Positions 36,401 through 44,999 of a stretch of 64,000 nucleotides of DNA are shown here, one piece after another. Under the pieces are notes generated by a model. The model searched no databases. It was given only the letters and a program-made list of their open reading frames with translations, and was not told the DNA's origin. The translations under genes and the position numbers were made by a program. The stretch spans positions 40,507-104,506 of the forward strand of contig JAQVSG010000001.1 in NCBI GenBank assembly GCA_028700655.1, given 5' to 3'. Numbering within the stretch: position 1 is the stretch's first letter; every line of letters begins with the position of its first letter. Source of the stretch: Caldisericia bacterium (GTDB lineage: Bacteria > Caldisericota > Caldisericia > UBA6126).

Positions 36401-39400
36401 GGTATTATAAGCGGAAACGAAGTAGCTGTCTTAAATCCTAAAATTGATCACAATATTGTGACATTTACAGTCCCATTTGATGTAGGAAATCTTGACGACC
36501 TGTATGTGTATTTTACAGAGCAAGTGGGAATGCTAAACCCCAGTGCTCCAGGGAATTACCAAGTGTTTGTCAAAACGTCTTCTGAAGAAAACTATATTGG
36601 ATCGCTAGAATACACTATTAATCCAGTTTCCTACACCATTCCTACGGTCACCATCAAACCTGCTTACATCGGTGTCGATGGCACCTATACAATTCGTTTT
36701 CAAACCGGTTCGTATGGAAACTTGAACATGGGCGATACCATCAATCTACGCTTTCCCCTAGATACTACTATTCCTGCTTCCTTAAACTCCTCCTATGTTC
36801 GCGTCAACAATGTTCGTTGTTCAATTAACCCGTTAACGAACCCTGCTGATCGAACCATACAAATTTATAGCCCCGTGGCCATCAATGGGAACTCGACCAT
36901 TGAAATCACTCTTCTCGAAGATGCCAAAGTGAAGAACCCAACGATAGCGGGCAAATACAACATGGAAATGTGGACCCTACGAGAAGGTTCTAAAAACAAT
37001 CCATTGATATCTAGCGAGTATGAGATTTATGCCAATACCAGCCCCCTTCATATTACTACCGATATTTCTCCTTGCACTCCCTATACCAATGCACAATACA
37101 CTTGTGAGTTTTATACCCCCGAGGCTATTGTTGCCAACACAACAGAAGTGGAAATCACCTTTCCAAATGGTACCTTTATTCCCTCTTCTCTCGATTCATA
37201 CACCATTATGTTTGGCTCTACATACTGTAGGACAACACCAACCGTGGCACAATATACCGTTACCTTGGTGTCTCCTATTGCGGTTGGGAAAAATGACCTT
37301 GTGAAGATAACCTTCACAAAAGAAGCCGATATCCAAAATACAAGCGAAGGGTCTCACAAAATGTATTTTGAAGTTGTTGGACCCGGATTGGTTCGTAGAG
37401 ATCTAGATGTATATATTTGTCCCGATTTAGATATAAACCGTGTAGAAATCACTCCCAATGATGTCCGAATTTCAGAAGGCAAATCGCAAACCTTTACCGC
37501 GTTTGCCTACGATGCCAATGGAAATCGAATTACTCGTGGTGTCGTATACCACTGGAGCTTGTCTGGTGGCATTGGCTGGCTAAGTAGCTTCAAAGAAGAA
37601 AGAACCGAATTCTACGCCAGTGATGTAGGCAAAGGAAGCGTTACCGTTACAGTATCATACGGTTCTCAATCGTCGATTACTGTGTCCTCTATGGTCACAG
37701 TAGTAGGTCCTTTGGATCGCATCGTGCTATCACCCACTTCCATTACCACTTCTCGTGGTAAAAAGACACGATTCATGGTGACTGCTTACGATGGACAAGG
37801 AGAAATGATCGACGATGTTACCTATACTTGGTCTGTCGAACCTTCTCTGGGAACAATTGATAAATTAACCAACCCCAACGAAATCGACTTTTTAGCCTCA
37901 TCAGAAGGTCGATGTACCTTGCATGTAACTGTTAAACAGAAAGATGTGTATCGAGAATCATCCGCCGATATTGAAATTCGAAACGGAGTTCATGATTTGC
38001 GTTTTGATCCTCCTTCGTATCCGGCCCCCTTTGAACCGTCCCAAATCATAGGACCCATTGTTGTAAAAATGGTCGATCAAAGTGGAAATCCCATTGTTCA
38101 AAATAGTATCTATACCATTACTCTGAAATCTTCCTCCACCACCACTCGATTTTCTTTGGATGGAGCCACATGGACGGAACAGCACACAATAGATGTGAAC
38201 GTATCCCCTAATTTTTCCGAATCGATGCCCTTTTATGTGTCTGACTTGGAACAGGGCAATATTTCTGTTACTGCTACATCCAAAGATTACAATGCTGCCA
38301 TTATGACGCTTAATATCCGGGGTATTAAAAAACGGTTGATGTTTCAGACTCCTCCTCGGCTTTTGCGTATTAACAAACCATCTGATCCCATCAAGGTACA
38401 GCTAGTTGATATCTTTGGTAATGCGTACAAAATGAACAAAGACATATTGATTGACGTCAAAGCCGACTCCCATACCGTGACTTTTTCAACCTTTTCTTCT
38501 GTAGAAGAATGGCTTCCTCAAAGTAGTATTTTGTTGAAAGCGGGAGAAGAGAATAAGGATTTTTATTGTATGGATTCGCGAGAAGGATCATTCAATATAA
38601 CAGTATCGCATCCCTTGTTTGGTAGCATTACTCAGATGGCAATGGTGGCTTCTCCAGGTTCTGTAAGTATGCCTGAAGTAACAGTAAACCCTTCCACCGT
38701 AGGTGCAAAAGCCACCTATGAAATTGGTTTTACTCTAGGACTTGATGGAAGCTTGGGTACAATATCCGATACGATTACCATCCAATTTCCCAAAGAAACC
38801 ATTCTTCCTAACTATCTGTCTGCACAAGATGTTCTCGTGAATGATAATCCAATGTTCACAACACCCTATATTGATGCTGCCAAGAAATTTATTCGCATTG
38901 TTCCCCCCATTGAGTTAAATGGAGGACAAAAAATTGAGATCGTGATCAAAGGGATCACCAATCCTTCGACAGAAAATGATTATCATATTACTGTCTTTAC
39001 CTCAAAACAAACGACACCTTCTCTTTCTTCTGCCTACCATATTGGTGTATCGTCCGTTACAGATGTAACTGTATCCCCTGACCCTGTAATTACAGGGGAA
39101 ATTGCCCTTTATGAAATTGCATTCCGAACGGGTGTGTCTGGTGCCTTAGAATCGGGAGATACAATTGTTATATTGTTTGATTACAATTTTACATTGCCCA
39201 AGAAAATTACCAGAAATACAGTGATGGTGAATGGAATCATTCCTTCAGCCGATCCCATTGTATCCGGAAAATCTGTAATTGTGAAAGTAGATCGAGCTAT
39301 TGGGATTAACACCAACGTGGAAATCGTTCTTACTAAAGAGGCAGGTATTGTAAATCCTGAATTTCCAGGTATGTATCAATGCAGACTCTACACATCCAAG

Positions 39401-41050
39401 GAAGAATCCAGTGTAGAATCAGAACCTTTCCAAATTGTAGATCGCTCTACTTTACAACGTATCAAAGTCCAATTGAAACCCGCTAGTATTGCTTCCGAAA
39501 CGCAAATTACCATCACTGGAAATCTAGGACCGTATGGTGCTTTAAACCGTGGAGAAAACATTTATGTTTCTTTACACCCGTTTATCATGCCAGAAGATCT
39601 ACATGGATCGTACGTTTCCGTAAACGGTATTCGGTTCAGTGGGACTCTAGAAGTTCAAAAGAAAGTTGTTTCGATACCTCTTTCCATGAATCTTTCCAAT
39701 GGAGCAGATATTACAATTACTTTCTACAACCAGGCAGGTATTATCAATCCAACAGTTCCTGGATACGATTATAGAATTAGTATGTGGACCGACAAAGAAC
39801 CAGCACAGGTGATGTCAGAACCATTTACGGTGGAGCCAAACCTAGAAATTGATTGTTTACTAACTCCGGATGCTCCCGATGGAATATCCAATTGGTATAT
39901 TACAGCCCCCACAGCTATTTTTACATCGAATGTGATGGGAACTTTCTATTACCGTATCGATAACAGTATTGAAAAAGAGTATACGAATCCAGTGTTGTTA
40001 AATCTTCCCGGAAAACACACCTTGTACTATCGTTTGGTAACCAATATGGGTACAGAATCAGAAGAATACAACGTAACTTTTGCATACGACGGAGACGGAC
40101 CGGAAATTCTTACGAATATTGAATCAGAAGTTGTCTATACGCGGGATCAGACATTTGCCTTGTCGATCCGTATCCAAGATATTTCTCCTGTTAAGGTGAC
40201 TGTGAATCAAAAGCCAATTACTCTCATTGAAAATACCTATTCCGCACTTTTGAATTTGCACAATGGAGAGAATATTCTTCAAATTAAAGCGGAAGATGAA
40301 GCTGGGAATATAACCTATGCCACTTACCGCATTATTGTGAAAGTGAATCCACCTATTCTCGTCTTGTCTTCCCCGCAACTTTATCAAACGGTGGAGGATG
40401 TGTATTTTTCCACTACACCCAATGGAAATGAACTGTATGCCAATATTCGAATAAAAGGCAGTACTGAAATGGGTATAGAGAAAGTACAAGTAATGACTCC
40501 TGCAAAACCTGATGAAACCTTTTTGCTCGATGTTGATCATATGGGAACCTTTGATCGAGTGGTGGGAATGTCGGTATTAGCAGGAGACAACATCTTAAAA
40601 GTACAAGTGGAAGATTTAGTTGGAAATACCAACAGTGTAACCATCTCTTTCATTGTACGATGTACTCTCAAATTGCGCATTGGAGTTGAAAAAGGGTATT
40701 TGAATGCAACACCACTTACGTTAGATGCAGCACCCTATCTGAAATACAATATGCACACCATGATACCCTTCCGATTGGTTGCAGAATCGTTTGGCGCTAA
40801 AGTTGGATGGCTTGAATCAGAAAGACGAGTTTCTTATGATTTCCGAGGGGTTCATATTGATTTATGGATTGATCAACTGAAAGCTGTGATTACAGAGTCG
40901 GATGGAAGAAAAACAACCAAAGCAATGCCTGCAGAACCCGAACTAAAAAATGGAAGAACCATGATACCTCTCCGTTTTGTGGCTGAATCTATGGGCATGA
41001 AAGTGGGTTGGGATGCAAAACTATGGGAGGCTTCTTTAAGCTATCCATAG
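33410..41050 (+). CDS. Giant secreted surface protein (2,546 aa): 9 FP-NP modules, 2 Big_2, 2 Ig-like domains, 3 FP-NP modules, OmpL47-like, Ig-like domains, CuAO-N pair
   Basis: Lies 43 nt after the previous stop, with RBS GAAGGAGGAAGG. Signal peptide MSAKKIISLLLGFMVMFSMVSVGYS. Hallmarks: KILNPPTPGNYTILLRT, AGIRNPDREGIYHLKLSTS, CGITNPTEPGSYTLKAYTS, VGMLNPSAPGNYQVFVKTS, AKVKNPTIAGKYNMEMWT, GITNPSTENDYHITVFTS, AGIVNPEFPGMYQCRLYTS, AGIINPTVPGYDYRISMWT. C-terminal ELKNGRTMIPLRFVAESMGMKVGW. Confidence 0.93.
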   Translation: MSAKKIISLLLGFMVMFSMVSVGYSRITTFVNEPNPNTAGTPANHTLKFTNTEEIPLGGRIEIEFPSAFDLSTLSMGAPFDETDFVVTLQKPAASPTPPVVKPGSVMRDGKKLSFEIGDSKVDPGFQRIEIINTKILNPPTPGNYTILLRTYDTAANGQRQIEYATSSQFEIVTEMNRASVYPEPNRAGERAKYTIRFKLGTGTSRSLYAGDRIRIQWDANLVPGGDPTNATFIQAPIPKESVTVNGVHPQVDPQFISEGIPEPNPTGSFCEMDVILPNNISTSSSYAPEIVIVFDQSAGIINPDGELDNRTIAISVYRSDGITVVEPALESNAYSLKTSLFVPAVFVQPDKTNAVAEYHVAFKVGEQGKLIANSGKITVEFPSETIVPSTISAFSIKNASPPPAVEPVLPYAGGTANAPYDPQITGNKVSFVVPETVMPGQYVCFIFKTDAGIRNPDREGIYHLKLSTSAEPSVVTSQNYRIQGYSTTSVTVVPNKSEEEAEWDIRFKLGSSAGLYTFNNDTIAITFPQGTGLPAIDIPAGDITINGVATTAPAVVTPATRQVTILVPQSIEQGSNVVVRFKKQAKINVPTIDITPKYFTLKIVVSTETDPYISDPFEVYTSIDNLVVLLNDPGVGVVSQQQVSFTLGDVDEGLKANESITFEYPAGTNIPTFVNAGNIRILNVTSAVEMNPSSVQASGQKIKITLPTTFPTILEKDPVRVTFLSSCGITNPTEPGSYTLKAYTSKETTPVQSEFYTIGTVSGAVQIFVDPKASGYCIPQPTIPKNNKGAEYTIQFLTGSSGGISNGQYVTVVFPPSYATIFNTNYPAPTNIIPSGTIMINDQPVTMGSNIVDAPASYPPGSKMVQIPLPVSIGTNEKVSIRFLESADIDNPVVTITPQPFTIHVFTATESSAVSGTFYLYSQIEGIGGTPINSNLPINVTLSNYTAGRDCGIEFGFKTGPIGALKANSDTVSVMLPQGTRLPSYIASGTIVVDQDGIISGNEVAVLNPKIDHNIVTFTVPFDVGNLDDLYVYFTEQVGMLNPSAPGNYQVFVKTSSEENYIGSLEYTINPVSYTIPTVTIKPAYIGVDGTYTIRFQTGSYGNLNMGDTINLRFPLDTTIPASLNSSYVRVNNVRCSINPLTNPADRTIQIYSPVAINGNSTIEITLLEDAKVKNPTIAGKYNMEMWTLREGSKNNPLISSEYEIYANTSPLHITTDISPCTPYTNAQYTCEFYTPEAIVANTTEVEITFPNGTFIPSSLDSYTIMFGSTYCRTTPTVAQYTVTLVSPIAVGKNDLVKITFTKEADIQNTSEGSHKMYFEVVGPGLVRRDLDVYICPDLDINRVEITPNDVRISEGKSQTFTAFAYDANGNRITRGVVYHWSLSGGIGWLSSFKEERTEFYASDVGKGSVTVTVSYGSQSSITVSSMVTVVGPLDRIVLSPTSITTSRGKKTRFMVTAYDGQGEMIDDVTYTWSVEPSLGTIDKLTNPNEIDFLASSEGRCTLHVTVKQKDVYRESSADIEIRNGVHDLRFDPPSYPAPFEPSQIIGPIVVKMVDQSGNPIVQNSIYTITLKSSSTTTRFSLDGATWTEQHTIDVNVSPNFSESMPFYVSDLEQGNISVTATSKDYNAAIMTLNIRGIKKRLMFQTPPRLLRINKPSDPIKVQLVDIFGNAYKMNKDILIDVKADSHTVTFSTFSSVEEWLPQSSILLKAGEENKDFYCMDSREGSFNITVSHPLFGSITQMAMVASPGSVSMPEVTVNPSTVGAKATYEIGFTLGLDGSLGTISDTITIQFPKETILPNYLSAQDVLVNDNPMFTTPYIDAAKKFIRIVPPIELNGGQKIEIVIKGITNPSTENDYHITVFTSKQTTPSLSSAYHIGVSSVTDVTVSPDPVITGEIALYEIAFRTGVSGALESGDTIVILFDYNFTLPKKITRNTVMVNGIIPSADPIVSGKSVIVKVDRAIGINTNVEIVLTKEAGIVNPEFPGMYQCRLYTSKEESSVESEPFQIVDRSTLQRIKVQLKPASIASETQITITGNLGPYGALNRGENIYVSLHPFIMPEDLHGSYVSVNGIRFSGTLEVQKKVVSIPLSMNLSNGADITITFYNQAGIINPTVPGYDYRISMWTDKEPAQVMSEPFTVEPNLEIDCLLTPDAPDGISNWYITAPTAIFTSNVMGTFYYRIDNSIEKEYTNPVLLNLPGKHTLYYRLVTNMGTESEEYNVTFAYDGDGPEILTNIESEVVYTRDQTFALSIRIQDISPVKVTVNQKPITLIENTYSALLNLHNGENILQIKAEDEAGNITYATYRIIVKVNPPILVLSSPQLYQTVEDVYFSTTPNGNELYANIRIKGSTEMGIEKVQVMTPAKPDETFLLDVDHMGTFDRVVGMSVLAGDNILKVQVEDLVGNTNSVTISFIVRCTLKLRIGVEKGYLNATPLTLDAAPYLKYNMHTMIPFRLVAESFGAKVGWLESERRVSYDFRGVHIDLWIDQLKAVITESDGRKTTKAMPAEPELKNGRTMIPLRFVAESMGMKVGWDAKLWEASLSYP
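33500..37420 (+). repeat. Protein-level tandem array of nine FP-NP modules (canonical and degenerate exits largely alternate); limits approximate
   Basis: Modules 1, 3, 5, 7 and 8 have canonical NP-x(2-4)-G-x-Y exits. Modules 2, 4, 6 and 9 are degenerate: IINPDGELDNRTIAISVY, INVPTIDITPKYFTLKI, IDNPVVTITPQPFTIHV, IQNTSEGSHKMYFEV. Confidence 0.7.
37427..37985 (+). other. Two Big_2 domains inside the 2,546-aa protein
   Basis: VEITPNDVRISEGKSQTFTAFAYDANGNRI...YHWSLSG...GSVTVTVSYGSQSSITVSSMVTV and IVLSPTSITTSRGKKTRFMVTAYDGQGEMI...YTWSVEP...CTLHVTVKQKDVYRESSADIEI. Confidence 0.75.
40661..41047 (+). other. C-terminal pair of CuAO-N-like repeats (putative envelope anchor)
   Basis: LKLRIGVEKGYLNATPLTLDAAPYLKYNMHTMIPFRLVAESFGAKVGWLESERRVSY and IDLWIDQLKAVI...EPELKNGRTMIPLRFVAESMGMKVGWDAKLWEASL. 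Confidence 0.85.
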
Positions 41051-41074
41051 AGAAATTCATCATTAAGTACATAG

Positions 41075-41108
41075 AAAAAAAGACTGCTTTTTAAGCAGTC
41101 TTTTTTTC
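41075..41108 (+). terminator. Rho-independent terminator closing the giant-gene transcription unit (symmetric, could act in both directions)
   Basis: An A-tract, then the stem AGACTGCTT (41081-41089) / AAGCAGTCT (41093-41101) with a 3-nt loop, then TTTTTTT (41101-41107). It lies 25 nt after the stop at 41050. Confidence 0.8.
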
Positions 41109-41112
41109 TACC

Positions 41113-41140
41113 TTGTAAAAAAAGCACGAAATGATACACT
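41113..41140 (+). promoter_or_regulatory. Candidate promoter with a TGn-extended -10 for trxA and the rimP-nusA-infB operon
   Basis: TTGTAA (41113-41118), a 16-nt spacer, TG (41132-41133), one nt, then TACACT (41135-41140). AGGAG at 41154-41158 and the ATG at 41166. Confidence 0.45.
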
Positions 41141-41165
41141 TGATAAAAATGATTAGGAGTTTTGA

Positions 41166-41492
41166 ATGAGTAATTATATTGAGATTAAATCAGTCGATGA
41201 TTTTCAGACACAAGTGCTGGACGCAGAAAAACCAGTTTTAGTTGATTTTTGGGCTCCCTGGTGTGGACCTTGCAGAATGGTTGCTCCTGTTCTAGAAGAG
41301 CTTGCTAAAGAATCGGACGGGAAGTATACCATTGCAAAAGTGAATACAGATGAAGTCCCTGATATCGCCATGAAGTATTCCATTGTCAGCATACCCACCT
41401 TGATTCTTTTTAAAAATGGAGCTGCCGTTGATAAGGTCATCGGTGCTTTGCCAAAAGAACAACTAAAGGCTTTTGTCGACAAAAATTCTTAA
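41166..41492 (+). CDS. trxA: Thioredoxin
   Basis: 108 aa with the WCGPC active site (VDFWAPWCGPCRMVAP), and PTLILFKNG. Confidence 0.95.
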   Translation: MSNYIEIKSVDDFQTQVLDAEKPVLVDFWAPWCGPCRMVAPVLEELAKESDGKYTIAKVNTDEVPDIAMKYSIVSIPTLILFKNGAAVDKVIGALPKEQLKAFVDKNS

Positions 41493-41495
41493 TGA

Positions 41496-41936
41496 ATGGA
41501 TAAAAAAACCTTTTTGGAGAATATCCAGTCTTTTGTTGTAAAGACTGGATATTTGCCCTTGGATATGAAAGTTCGTGTAAAAAACGAAACCTTGATGGTT
41601 TCTTTTGCCATATTTAAACAGGACTCTGATATTTCTTTGGAGGATTGTTCAAAGGTTACGTTGGTGGTTCGTGATTTTTTAAATATGTTGCTTGGAAGAG
41701 ACGCTGATTTTACTGTGGATGTATCTTCTCCTGGAGCCGATAGAAAATTGAAAACATGGCAAGAATTTTCTTTGTTTCAAGGGAAAAAGGCTATGATTAC
41801 ATACCAAGATGGTCAGTCTGTGAAAGCTGTATTGAAAGGTACATTGGAACCCGATAAAGTGGTCCTTTTTTGCGAAGATCAAGAAGTGATTGTTGTGTAT
41901 AGTGATATTGCACGTTGCCAATTAGTTTTATACTAG
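41496..41936 (+). CDS. rimP: Ribosome maturation factor RimP
   Basis: 146 aa. VDVSSPGADRKLKT motif. Located immediately upstream of nusA. Confidence 0.85.
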   Translation: MDKKTFLENIQSFVVKTGYLPLDMKVRVKNETLMVSFAIFKQDSDISLEDCSKVTLVVRDFLNMLLGRDADFTVDVSSPGADRKLKTWQEFSLFQGKKAMITYQDGQSVKAVLKGTLEPDKVVLFCEDQEVIVVYSDIARCQLVLY

Positions 41937-41945
41937 GAGTGAAAA

Positions 41946-43013
41946 GTGCCAGCTGGTAAAATTTTTCAAGCGATTGATATATATTGTAAAGAGCGTGAGA
42001 TCAAAAAGAAAGATGCAATATATAACGCCATTGAACAGGGAATATTGGCAGCTTATAAAAGAGCGTTTGGCAATATTCAGAATATTCGTGTTGTTATGAA
42101 TCCTCACATGCGGCTCTTAAAAGTATATGAAGCAAAAAAAGTAGTGATTACTCCTCAAAATGATGGTACTGAGATTTCTTTGGAAGAGGCACAGAAGATA
42201 AAACCAAACGTCGAAATTGGCGACACCGTTGAAATTGAACTCAATCTAAACAAATTGGATCGTATTCTTGCTGATGTTGTAAAGCAAGTAGTGATGCAGC
42301 ATATTCATAAAAACTACCAAGACGAGATTTTTGATGAATTTAAAACCCGTGAACATACAATGGTGATTGGCGAGGTGTCCAAAGTTACGCCATCACGTGT
42401 GTATGTGAAGATAAACAAAGCAGAAGGAATTCTTCCTCAAGACGAACAAATACCCAATGAACACTATCAAGTGGGAGAACAAATCCACTGCTATATATTT
42501 TATGTATATCGTTCGAAACGAGAACCTATCATTATGTTATCCAGAACCCACCCCAACTTGCTCAAAACGCTTATGGAGTTAGAAATACCAGAATTAGCCC
42601 AAGGATTGATTGAAGTCAAAAAAATAGTACGAGAAGCTGGCATCCGTGCGAAAGTTTCTGTGTTTTCTACAGAGCCAAAAATAGATCCTGTTGGAACTTG
42701 TATTGGAACCAAGGGTTCAAGAATAAATGCTGTCGGGAAACGATTATATGGTGAGAAAATTGATGTAATACGGTGGAGTGATGACATTGCCTCCTATATC
42801 GCCAACTCTCTTAGTCCTGCGAAGGTAGATCAAACCGACGTGAAAATTGATCAAAATTGTCATTTAGCCACTGTTTTAGTAAACCCACAATATTTTTCAT
42901 TGGCCATTGGACAAAAAGGGCTCAATGTTAAATTAGCTGCTCGATTAACCAGCTTTAAACTGGATGTTTTACAAAAAAACGAATCGCATGAACAGGAGAA
43001 TGTATCTTTATGA
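41946..43013 (+). CDS. nusA: Transcription termination/antitermination factor NusA
   Basis: 355 aa. GTG start after AGGAG. S1-like (GEVSKVTPSRVYVKI) and KH regions (DPVGTCIGTKGSRINAV, AIGQKGLNVKLAARL). Confidence 0.95.
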   Translation: MPAGKIFQAIDIYCKEREIKKKDAIYNAIEQGILAAYKRAFGNIQNIRVVMNPHMRLLKVYEAKKVVITPQNDGTEISLEEAQKIKPNVEIGDTVEIELNLNKLDRILADVVKQVVMQHIHKNYQDEIFDEFKTREHTMVIGEVSKVTPSRVYVKINKAEGILPQDEQIPNEHYQVGEQIHCYIFYVYRSKREPIIMLSRTHPNLLKTLMELEIPELAQGLIEVKKIVREAGIRAKVSVFSTEPKIDPVGTCIGTKGSRINAVGKRLYGEKIDVIRWSDDIASYIANSLSPAKVDQTDVKIDQNCHLATVLVNPQYFSLAIGQKGLNVKLAARLTSFKLDVLQKNESHEQENVSL

Positions 43014-44998
43014 GTGATAAGAAAGTTCGAGTGTACGAACTAGCCAAAGAATTGGGTGTTACTTCCCAAGTTTTAATGGTAATTTTGAAGGATTTAGGAG
43101 AATCTGTAAAAAGTTACTTGTCTACAATAGAGCAAGAAACTTCTGAAGCAGTGCAAGAAATCGTTCAGTCTCAAAACGAGGAACGGAAACGAAAAAAACA
43201 AGAAGAAGCGCTCAAAAAAGGCATTCCCATTGTCGTTACCGAACAAGTTTCTCATAAAGAGAGAAAAGAATCTGACCACGAAGAACAAAAACCGAAAGAG
43301 GACCTTGTATACTTCAATGCAGACCAGCTTTGTCGATTGATTCATATTGACTATCCAGAATTGCAGACCCGTCTTTTGAAATACGGTATTGTTTCTTATT
43401 CTCCTCAAGATTCCATTCCTGGTTTTGCCGTCAAATCTCTGTGTGAAATTTACGAAATACCCTTAGAATTTAACGTGGATGACAAAATTGACGATCGTTT
43501 TTTTAAAATGAGAGCGCCTGTTATAACGATTATGGGCCATGTTGATCACGGAAAAACAACTCTTCTTGATTACATTCGAAAGACTCGCGTTGCAGACAAA
43601 GAATTGGGGGGCATTACACAAGCTATTGGTGCCTATAGTGTATTATGCCATGACAAGCCCATTATTTTTATTGATACCCCTGGCCACGAAGCATTCACTG
43701 CGATGCGTGCAAAAGGATCCGAAATCACCGATATTGTAGTTCTTATTGTGGCAGCTGAAGATGGTGTCAAAGAAACAACTCTTGAAGCTATTGATCATGC
43801 GAAAGCTGCCAAAGTACCCATCATTGTTGCTATTAATAAAATAGACCTTGACAATGCAAATATAGAGAGAGTCAAAACACAATTGGCCGATCGCGGATTA
43901 AATCCAGAAGAATGGGGAGGAGACACTATTGTTGTACCCATATCTGCCAAAAAGGGAATTGGCGTTGATGATCTCCTTGAAATGATTCTCCTAAAAGCCG
44001 AGATGATTGAACTTCACACAAGCACATTGGCAGATTTTGCAGGAACTGTTATTGAATCCAATATTACCAAAACATTTGGATCGCAAGCAACCATTATAGT
44101 ACAAACCGGTACTCTTCGAAGAGGAGATGTGGTTACTGTCGATGGTAAAACAGAGTACAAAATTCGGGTTTTGAACGACGATCTGGGAGTAACCATTAAG
44201 AAAGCTTCGGCTTTAACCCCTGTTAACGTAAAAGGGTTACCTGAAATTCTAAAACCAGGTTCTATTGCTCGATCCGCTAAGAATTATGTACCCTACCAGG
44301 CCAGTGTTTTGCATGAAAAACCTGAAGAGATAACCTCACAAGAGGAAGAAGTTGATTGGGCTGAGGATTTCTTATCCGAAAAAGAAATCGTAGAACGGTT
44401 CAATATTATTATCAAAGCCGATGGTGAAGGCACCCTTGACGCTTTACAGGTGGCTTTGGAAAAAATGAAAGTCGAAGGTGTTGAACTGAATATCATTCGA
44501 CAAGGAGTCGGTATTATTACCGAAGACGATATCCTTTTAGCCTCTGTAAGCAAAGCCCATATTTTTGGTTTTAATAGTACTGCTAGCCCTGGCGCACGAG
44601 CCGAAGCAAAAAATAAATCCATTCGACTCAAAACCTACCGCATCATTTTTGAGCTTTTGGATGACATTAAGGCGGGAATGAAGGGTGTACTGACTCCCGA
44701 AGAAACAGAAGAAGTTCTTGGTACAGCAGAAGTAAAGCAAGTCTTTAAGGTACCTAGAGCAGGTTCTATTGCAGGGTGTATTGTTCGCTCAGGCATTATA
44801 CGAAGAAATGCCAAAGCTCGCATTATACGAGACCGCTCCATCCTTTTTGAATCCAAGGTTTCTTCTCTAAAACGGTTCAAAGAAGATGCGAAGGAAGTCC
44901 GTGAAGGATTTGAATGCGGCATTGGAGTAGAGAATTTTAACGATATCAAGGCGGGTGACACTATAGAAGTTTTCCAAATGGTGGAAAAACCCCAATAG
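43010..44998 (+). CDS. infB: Translation initiation factor IF-2
   Basis: 662 aa. ATGA overlap with nusA. G domain: [26 protein letters not shown]. Confidence 0.97.
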   Translation: MSDKKVRVYELAKELGVTSQVLMVILKDLGESVKSYLSTIEQETSEAVQEIVQSQNEERKRKKQEEALKKGIPIVVTEQVSHKERKESDHEEQKPKEDLVYFNADQLCRLIHIDYPELQTRLLKYGIVSYSPQDSIPGFAVKSLCEIYEIPLEFNVDDKIDDRFFKMRAPVITIMGHVDHGKTTLLDYIRKTRVADKELGGITQAIGAYSVLCHDKPIIFIDTPGHEAFTAMRAKGSEITDIVVLIVAAEDGVKETTLEAIDHAKAAKVPIIVAINKIDLDNANIERVKTQLADRGLNPEEWGGDTIVVPISAKKGIGVDDLLEMILLKAEMIELHTSTLADFAGTVIESNITKTFGSQATIIVQTGTLRRGDVVTVDGKTEYKIRVLNDDLGVTIKKASALTPVNVKGLPEILKPGSIARSAKNYVPYQASVLHEKPEEITSQEEEVDWAEDFLSEKEIVERFNIIIKADGEGTLDALQVALEKMKVEGVELNIIRQGVGIITEDDILLASVSKAHIFGFNSTASPGARAEAKNKSIRLKTYRIIFELLDDIKAGMKGVLTPEETEEVLGTAEVKQVFKVPRAGSIAGCIVRSGIIRRNAKARIIRDRSILFESKVSSLKRFKEDAKEVREGFECGIGVENFNDIKAGDTIEVFQMVEKPQ

Positions 44999-44999
44999 T

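Noticed and set aside
22528-41050. DNA-level tandem repeats, slipped-strand phase variation or an assembly artefact as the explanation for the repetitive giant genes.
   Set aside because: Equivalent modules differ at most synonymous positions and in length. I saw no near-identical DNA units, homopolymeric tracts or short-unit repeats at the gene starts.
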